Below are positions 36,496-44,204 of a stretch of 44,204 nucleotides of DNA, piece by piece. The notes under the pieces were generated by a model. The model saw only the letters and a list, made by a program, of their open reading frames with translations, did not search any database and was not told the DNA's origin. Every line of letters starts with the position of its first letter. The stretch's first letter is position 1. A program made the translations under genes and the position numbers. Origin of the DNA: Octopus bimaculoides (Eukaryota); contig NC_068981.1 in the NCBI RefSeq assembly GCF_001194135.2, positions 12,305,682 through 12,349,885 on the forward strand, read 5' to 3'.

Positions 36496-36921
36496 TCTTC
36501 TCCAAAAATGATGAAAGATCATGGTTAGCGAAAGAAGTGTTCACGACTGAATTTCGCAAGGAGTGCAATTGGAAAGGCAAATGTAAGAACGGAGTTCAAG
36601 TAGATGATATGTTGTAGATAATGGTTGTAGCGTAGAAGACATATGTTAGCCATGTTAGACTGTTTAACTACACTTAAACATATGTTCTCTTCAGTACAAC
36701 ATTACAGCAATTTAATGTCAGTGACCAGGTCATAGTTTCGAGTGACGAAGGATTTAACAACATATTAACAGTATCTTTTTGTGTTTCTGAATGACTAACA
36801 TGTGCCTTCCATGGGGCAATCTTTATACTTTCAGTATACTATCTCCGATCAAGCCCTTGCCTGTCAAGTATACCCTCACAATTTTATACATTTAGATGGA
36901 ATATCTGTATATATATATATA

Positions 36922-36983
<62 letters not shown>

Positions 36984-37479
36984 CTTGTGTCTGTGTCTGT
37001 ACGTGTGTGTGTCCTTGTGTGTGTATGGGTGAATAAAGTGTATCTGTACATACATACATACATACATACATACATACATACATACATACAGATACACAGC
37101 AGACAGACAGACGTCTTCCTAATTTCTAGTTACATTACTAATGTGCGTATAAAGAAAAAGAGGAGCAGATAGAGATTTAAAACTTCATGCTAATCGTGAT
37201 ATCTAAAGGTTTTATTGACATTTGTAAACAATGTCATATCATTATTTCTATCTTGTGTTATGTGATTAAATTTAGATCCAACATTCGATAAAACTTTTTA
37301 GAATCTTGCAAACGAGCCTTTTCAAAATCACGCCAACATCTTCAGAGAGTCCTTGCATGTAGTAAGCTCCCAGGCAAATTGAAGAAGGGAATGATATGCA
37401 CTATTCGTAAAAGGATAGAATAGAGCTAACAATTATAAGCCAATCATTCTTAACTCACACATAAGCAAAATCATGGAAC

Positions 37480-38845
37480 GATAAGTCTGAAGGAAACTAA
37501 TTGCATTCCTTGAAGACAATGACTTTTGCTGACACCCACCAAGGATTTCGACCCGGTAGAATTTGCCTGATACAGGTCTTACAATACTACCATTTGATGT
37601 TAAAGCAGCTGCTCAGAAACTCAAATGTGGGCGTGATATGTCTCTATTTTGCATAAACCTGTGACTAAGTTGACCATCGTATGTTATGTCAAAAGCGGTG
37701 TAATCTCGACATAGTGGGAAAATTGGAGAATGACTACAAGTCTTTCGAAAAGTTAAAAATCAGGTAGTAATCGCCAACAGGTCTACCTCCATTGAAAGGC
37801 ACATAATAAGTAGGGTCTCACAGAGCACTGTCTTGTGACCACTTCTAATTATAGTAGCCTATCATACATGCTATGAACTGCTCAGATAGTCACCCTTGAC
37901 TGATATGTAGACGATACAAAAATCTCTCTGAAGATACAAAACCAAGATTTATTACGATCCAGCAACAGGAATTGGATGCAATACAGAGGTGGGCTGAGAA
38001 CAATAACATGCAGTTTAATGATGGAAACTTCGAAGCCTTACCTCACCAGCAAAAGAAGCTGAATGAAATTCAGGCGGACGAACCGACCCAGGAGGGATTG
38101 CAAAATTATTCCTCAAGCTCTGCATTCACATAAATAATGATGCATCGTTTCAGGTGCATATCACTAAGTTGGCAATAAAATGTAGACGGCTGGCCGGACG
38201 GAGCCTTAGAAACTTCAGAACGAGGGAGCATGAAAACATAAATGACCTCTGGGATATCTTTGTGCTCAGCCGTTTAGACTACTTCTCTTAACCTTGGTCA
38301 TCCGCAGTGTAAAATGAACGACAGAACTCGAAGACATCAGCAAAGCTACACAAAGAAAATTGTTTCAATGCGATATGGCAACTACTGAGAGAGACTAAAA
38401 ATGCTAAGTCACTACACTAACTAGAGCGGAATCAGGAAATATATGCACTAATATACAGCTGAAAAATCCTACTAAACTTTAGTTTTGCAAGTTAACAGAA
38501 ACCCTGCATAGGGTAAAAAATCCCAACATTACCACAGGTATACAAGATTAGGTTCTACAATATCTTGGGTAGTTTCAAAGTTCTACAGTTCTTCGATATC
38601 TTCCTCCAAATCCTGAGAGACATACATGACATGAATGTAAGTACCTTCAAAACAAAACTGGATCTCCTGTCAAGAGTTCCTGATAAACCTACCTCGTGGC
38701 AAGAAGCGCAGATGAGGGCAGCAGCATCAAACACCCGCCTTCACCAAAATACCACATATCAGAGAAGGTTTGAAGTTGTGAAAGCATAGTTAGCAGCGGT
38801 GCTACAACATGGACGCAGGTCTCGAGGTGAAACTGGTAAAGGGTA
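37480..38845 (+). mobile_element. CR1-type LINE 3' ~1.3 kb, decayed
   Basis: HQGFRPGR.CL.Q.LQ, KVDH..., YVDDTKI, W..NNMQFN, DYFS..W, FKTKLD.LS.VPDKPT, followed by a 3' UTR. Confidence 0.85.
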
Positions 38846-40227
38846 CAGGAATCTATACTTTTCAAATATGCCAACTTCATGGCTGGAACGCAATTAATCT
38901 ATCACAGATGTTTTAAAGTTAAAGTCGTCTCTGATTGAAACTTCAGAATGTGAACTGATTAAGAATTATATTACGCATCTCATGTTCTGCATTCCCACTG
39001 CTAATTGTTTGAAGAAGCAAGCTATGCTTCAGTAGTAGCTCAGACGCCCTTCATCTACGCACGCTTCCCTGCATTCTTTCCTGTAGGCAAAGTGTGTATC
39101 ACTGTATGAATTCAAACAGTAATGCACTTACCATTTATGTAGTAGAACATTATCATAAATACCGCAATGGTAGTAGAGCCTTATCATAAATTCACTATAT
39201 CATAAATTCACAATATCATAAATTCACAATATCATAAATACAGAACTAAGTAAATTCAACGGCAATCAACTGTAGGTATTGATATAGAGACCTTGTAACT
39301 GAATGCCGAATTCATCTACGTTAATATTCTGCTAAGACAGAGATTTTGCAAATAAAATAAACGTAACTTTTATAAGACTAGCGCTTACATTTCTACTCAT
39401 ATGAAGTTGAGGGAAGATAATTTATAGAAGCTATGCACATTAGTGACACAATATTTCTGTAAGAAATTTGGTCATCCAGTGGAATGATGGTATATAGTGT
39501 AACACAACAAATCGACGCCGAACAATAAATATTGATGATATAGATTTTTCCAGATAAGAAATATGACAATGGGAAGAATTATTAGAGTATTTTATATAGA
39601 ACTTAAATATTTTAAGAATGCGCCTGCTAGAAATCTATGATTTGTAATAATTGCTTCTAATTCTTTTACTGGCCAGCAATTTTGCGCGTCGTTGGGTCAT
39701 CGGTTACATCGAGCACATTACTCGAGTCGTTTTAGTTTATCAACCACGATAAATTAAAGACTGTCCCCTTGGTGGGAGTTCAAACCGAAACGTATAAGTC
39801 CTGAATGAATACCACGGAAACATTTAATTGAATATATTAACGATTCTTATACTTCGCTGCCATACGATGTCATTTCCAATAATGCACAGTTAACATATTT
39901 TGCTCATAATTTTATGCGCTCAGACATATAAACGCCCTCACATGCATGTACACATATATGTAAACAAAATAGTAAAGAAAGGTAAGATATGTTTAAAAGA
40001 AAAAAAAAACAAAAAAAACTCACACTTCCTACTAAACATATTCGATAGAATTATCAATAAAATTCAATTAAAATTTATATAACCGATATTTAACGACAAC
40101 AATTTTCTATATTCTGAAATAAAATAACAAGAAATTAAACGGTATCACAGACAACTATATTTCACATATTTGCAGAATAAGAACATTCACATGCATGCAC
40201 ACTCAAACACACACACAAACACACACA

Positions 40228-40280
<53 letters not shown>

Positions 40281-40405
40281 GTGCGCACACACACACACAC
40301 ACATGCATGTATATATATATTTACAAACACACACTCATATATATATTTACACACACACGCACACACACATATACATATATATATATGAATATAAATTTAT
40401 AATAT

Positions 40406-40562
40406 AAATTTCACTGCCAGTGGCCTAGCATGTATAAAAAGTCAATAGACGACATATTATTCAATATAAAATAGTGTACATTTAAATGTACACTATTTTT
40501 ATATTGAATAATATGTCGTCTATGGAATTTTTATACATGCTAGGCCACTGGCAGTGAAATTT
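40406..40562. repeat. 157-bp spacerless palindrome
   Basis: Arms 40406-40483 and 40484-40562, centre ttt|aaa, two mismatches and one 1-nt indel. Confidence 0.96.
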
Positions 40563-40984
40563 GTAAAGATTTGCTACCCTTTTTATATATATTCAAGTAT
40601 TTGATATTAGCATTTCAAAGTTCATTTTGTGCCGACGGAAACTGCGCCTGCGTAGTGGATTTTGAAAAAAATTATAACGTAGAACGATGAGACACGTGCG
40701 ATGTGTCTCATAATTATAAGTTAATCTTTGACGCCTGGTCACTGAAGAGAATTTCCTTAGTAAATTATTTTGTTTACTAAAAAAATTCGAAAGCTGTAGG
40801 TCGAACCGTCAAAACAAGGTAAACGTTTTTATTTTGTCATTCCCTTTGAAATTAATTAAATTTTGTGCTTTTCGGTCGTTTGACTGCCTTCTAGCGTGTA
40901 GAAATTACCTGTTATAGGTAATTTCTCTTGTGTTTAAATGTACACTATTATATACATATATATATATTTCTTTTTTGTAGGTCT

Positions 40985-41100
40985 TTTAAAACCTTCTAAG
41001 ACAGGTTCATGGGCCAGGTTTCCCGGTTTCTATGGCGTATGCATTCCCCCCCCCCAGCCGGACGGGACGCCAGTCCATCGCAGCGTTACTCAAGAAACAG
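40985..41100 (-). mobile_element. SINE 3' fragment (family of 21700-21910)
   Basis: tttctatggcgtatgcattcccc...ggacgggacgccagtccatcgcagcgttactc. Confidence 0.6.
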
Positions 41101-41770
41101 GAAAAACGAGTGAGAGAAAGTTGGGGCGAAAAAGTATATGTATATATATATATACATATCGGTTTGTATAAAGTGCACGTCATAACAGGAGGGACACTGT
41201 GTGAATTAAAGACAAACAGATAGGGAATGAGAGAAAGGTGTTTTAGCGACCGTCTGAATCATATTTTAAATCGACTTATAAAATATCTAGTACGAATTTT
41301 ACTTGATTATTTATTTATCTTCAAAATGCTCTTTTGGCTACAATTCATATAGCCTGATATCAGAATGTTAACAATTATATTAAGATATATTTGTATAACA
41401 CCTATGTGTATGTCAGGAACAAACGTATACGTTAATGGAAATGAAAGCAGTGAAACAAAATTTATTTCACAATGCAAAATTACTCCTTAGTATGTCGTCC
41501 ATCTCAATAGAGAAGATTTTCTGTATTTAAAATCATATTCTAATTGTTGTGAATTTAGATCATAAAGTATATTGATTGACTGGAAGTTATCCCTTCACTG
41601 AAGACCATCATATTTATTTACCTTTCAGAGACCTATTGAAGGAAGCAAACTAAATTGAAATAAATATATGGCTACGGAATCATATAAACTATAAACAATT
41701 AATCACTATCCCTCAGTGAGTATTTAAGTATAGTAAAAGTAAATACAAATATTTCCTATTCACACACACA

Positions 41771-41828
<58 letters not shown>

Positions 41829-41966
41829 TACATATATATATATATAAACATAAATAATGCAAAATGGGACAAGAACGCAAAACATCCAGACAGTTAGATG
41901 ATACAAGAAAGGGACAACAAAATATCCAGATAGACGATACAAAGAAAACAAGGACGTGTCATTCGG

Positions 41967-42020
<54 letters not shown>

Positions 42021-43491
42021 ATATACTGCATATTGAGGTGTAATTAAGCATTCTGGAATAAGTTTAGTATCAATGTTGTAATTTCCAATAATGTATACGT
42101 TTGTATCTCACATACACATCTGTGTTATTAAATGTTTACATTGCAATATCACGCTATGTGAACTGTAGCTAAAACAGCATTTTGAAAATATACATATACG
42201 TATGTAAAGCTAAAGTCCAAAGATAAAAGTGTATGCAGTTAGTAAGCTCTGAGCAATCTGTAGAAGTTATAAAAGCAACTTTCATAAACAGTGGTGGTTT
42301 ATTGTCACAGAAGGTTGTAAATGTTTCACATATCGAAGTTCGATAAGATGTAAAACATGATTTTATAGATCACAGTTAGCAGCTGGGGTTGCTTTGTATG
42401 CGAATAAATATCCACATATAGGGTATGTATGGAATAAAATCTAGGCTACGTATTTTTCATAGGTAGCAGAACCTCGTTTCCAAGTAAATGCCTCGGCTGC
42501 CCATCTAAGCTTGAATCATCTGTAAGAGACTATCTTCGCACTTCCTTCCTTCCTTCCTTCCTTCCTTCCTTCTATGATCTACACTCATGCAAGAACTCTC
42601 ATACGTTGTAAACTAACTTAATAGCAGTTGTTTGTCAGTACTTACCCAAATTCTAATGTACACGTAGCTATTCAACTGATCAATTGCTTTATAGCCAATC
42701 ATCATCATATAGCTATAGCGTCCTATTTTTACTTGGAGTTCAAGATGGATTTTAGACACCAGGTAAAACTGTGCACAAAGTGTATATATACGTATTACCT
42801 TACATCATCACACTTAACATTATTAATGACGGGAGACGTTAATGCATATCCTACTGCCAGTCCTGCTTAAATTATATCACATATCAGCGCACATAACTGG
42901 TGAAGTCTTTGTATCGCTTTAATAATAGATAGTTTTTGAGAGAAACTTCGTTAAACCAACCATTTTAATATATAATGCAGTTTTAATAGCAACTGCAAAG
43001 TATCTACCCAGCTATTGTGTGACTACAAGTCTTTAAATAGGGTTAAATTATTAGGCCGTACACTGACGCTGAAAAATCCACCCTCGTGTCTAAATATGAA
43101 ATGAATGTTTAATGTATTGTACAGTAAATCGTAAATATTTTCGCTTAGTACTATTTTTGTTGTTTAAATTCTTATCATTGCAGGCAATCGATACTGACAG
43201 AAAATCAATAAGAGTTATTTCGAATTCAAAGATATATTTTGAAATAGCTTGAAAAGTAATAGAGATCACAAGCTTGGGTCATTAATGCTAAAATCTATGT
43301 TCACCGATCATTTGTCCGATACTGCAATATTTGCGCTACATTCTAAACATCATCTATTTCAGTCACAATATATAAACTGTAAGACATTTTTTCTACTTAA
43401 AAAAATAATGTATAACAAACGATAAAGACATTACAATGATTTATGATTTTGGTATATTGTTGTCTTTCTAATGTAATATTAAAAAGAAAAT

Positions 43492-43531
<40 letters not shown>

Positions 43532-44161
43532 AAAATGAAAAAAAGCCAGAATGCTGAACTGGAAGCATAATTTAATAAAGATTTTTTCTAACCGGTTTTC
43601 ATTGCGATGAACCAAATTATCAAGAAGAAGGAGAATGAAAATGTTTTTTTACAAAGAAGTACAAAAAAGTACAAAATGAAGAAAATAATATATAAAAAAA
43701 TAAATATACCCATACGTTATATTGTCTTTGAGCTTTTGTAGTTCAATAGTAGTTCATGTATAAATTGGTAGGAAAAATAAGGATGCATGAGATTTGAGAG
43801 TTTTGTTAGGTTTTAAAAAAGGGTTAAAAGTTTATGTTAAGCAGGAAATGTGGTGTCAAATCAGGAAGTGTATATACAAGTACGCACGTGCATATGCCAA
43901 CAGAAATACAGTATGATCGATCGATGTTGTAGATAAAATAATGTCTAAGGAAAGAAATAAAATTAAGAAGTACGCAGCTGTTTTTGATTCAAATGACGTA
44001 AGAAAAGGGAAATATTGGAAAATTAATCTCCCATGAGCAGATGTCTGATGTCTATTGCATATGCTATTGAACAGATAGCACACACATGCACACATACATA
44101 CACGCACGCTCACATAGGCAAACACACAAACATTCACCAACATTCACACACATTTGTATAC

Positions 44162-44204
<43 letters not shown>

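Larger units (their letters stand above)
1..44204. repeat. Numerous (TA)n, (CA/TG)n, (TC)n and (TACA)n microsatellites
   Basis: Examples: 1-50, 7685-7785, 13815-13880, 19440-20150, 30195-30295, 33825-34165, 36905-37090, 40200-40390, 41760-41845, 44160-44204. Confidence 0.98.

Noticed and set aside
36802-37172. His-Thr / Cys-Val / Tyr-Ile repeat ORFs (also near 13775, 18497, 30057, 40170)
   Set aside because: Translations of (CA)n and (TA)n microsatellites.
39182-39240. 16-bp tandem tatcataaattcacaa x~3.5
   Set aside because: Ordinary slippage minisatellite with no spacers; not CRISPR-like.
41866-41955. Two imperfect ~40-bp direct units (gggacaa...atccaga...gatacaa)
   Set aside because: Short remnant between microsatellites, probably a repeat fragment; no function can be supported.

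Overview
AT-rich, microsatellite-dense eukaryotic DNA with seven N-gaps. The SINE/LINE content and repeat density suggest a coleoid cephalopod, probably Octopus (inference). Only two host genes can be supported: minus-strand, coding-intronless paralogs of the GT31 / beta-1,3-galactosyltransferase family, about 27 kb apart. The copy at 28191-29399 is intact (402 aa from the first in-frame ATG). The copy at 538-1728 is a continuous reading frame broken by one in-frame TAA at 1396-1398 in the stem region. The rest is decayed mobile DNA: three mariner relics (one with TIRs and TA duplication nested in an RTE LINE), a Chapaev-like transposase relic, RTE and CR1 LINE fragments, and several tRNA-derived SINE families. 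The most unusual signal is a set of degenerate minimal type-I hammerhead-ribozyme-like motifs (GAAAC + palindrome + GUA), of the kind known from Penelope-like retroelements. Two sit in a ~570-bp inverted repeat (18725-19292), one lies just upstream (18508-18543), and one appears converted into a near-perfect 73-bp palindrome (3886-3958). Further foldback structures occur at 31857-32541 and 40406-40562. All of this was read by eye and no database search was run.
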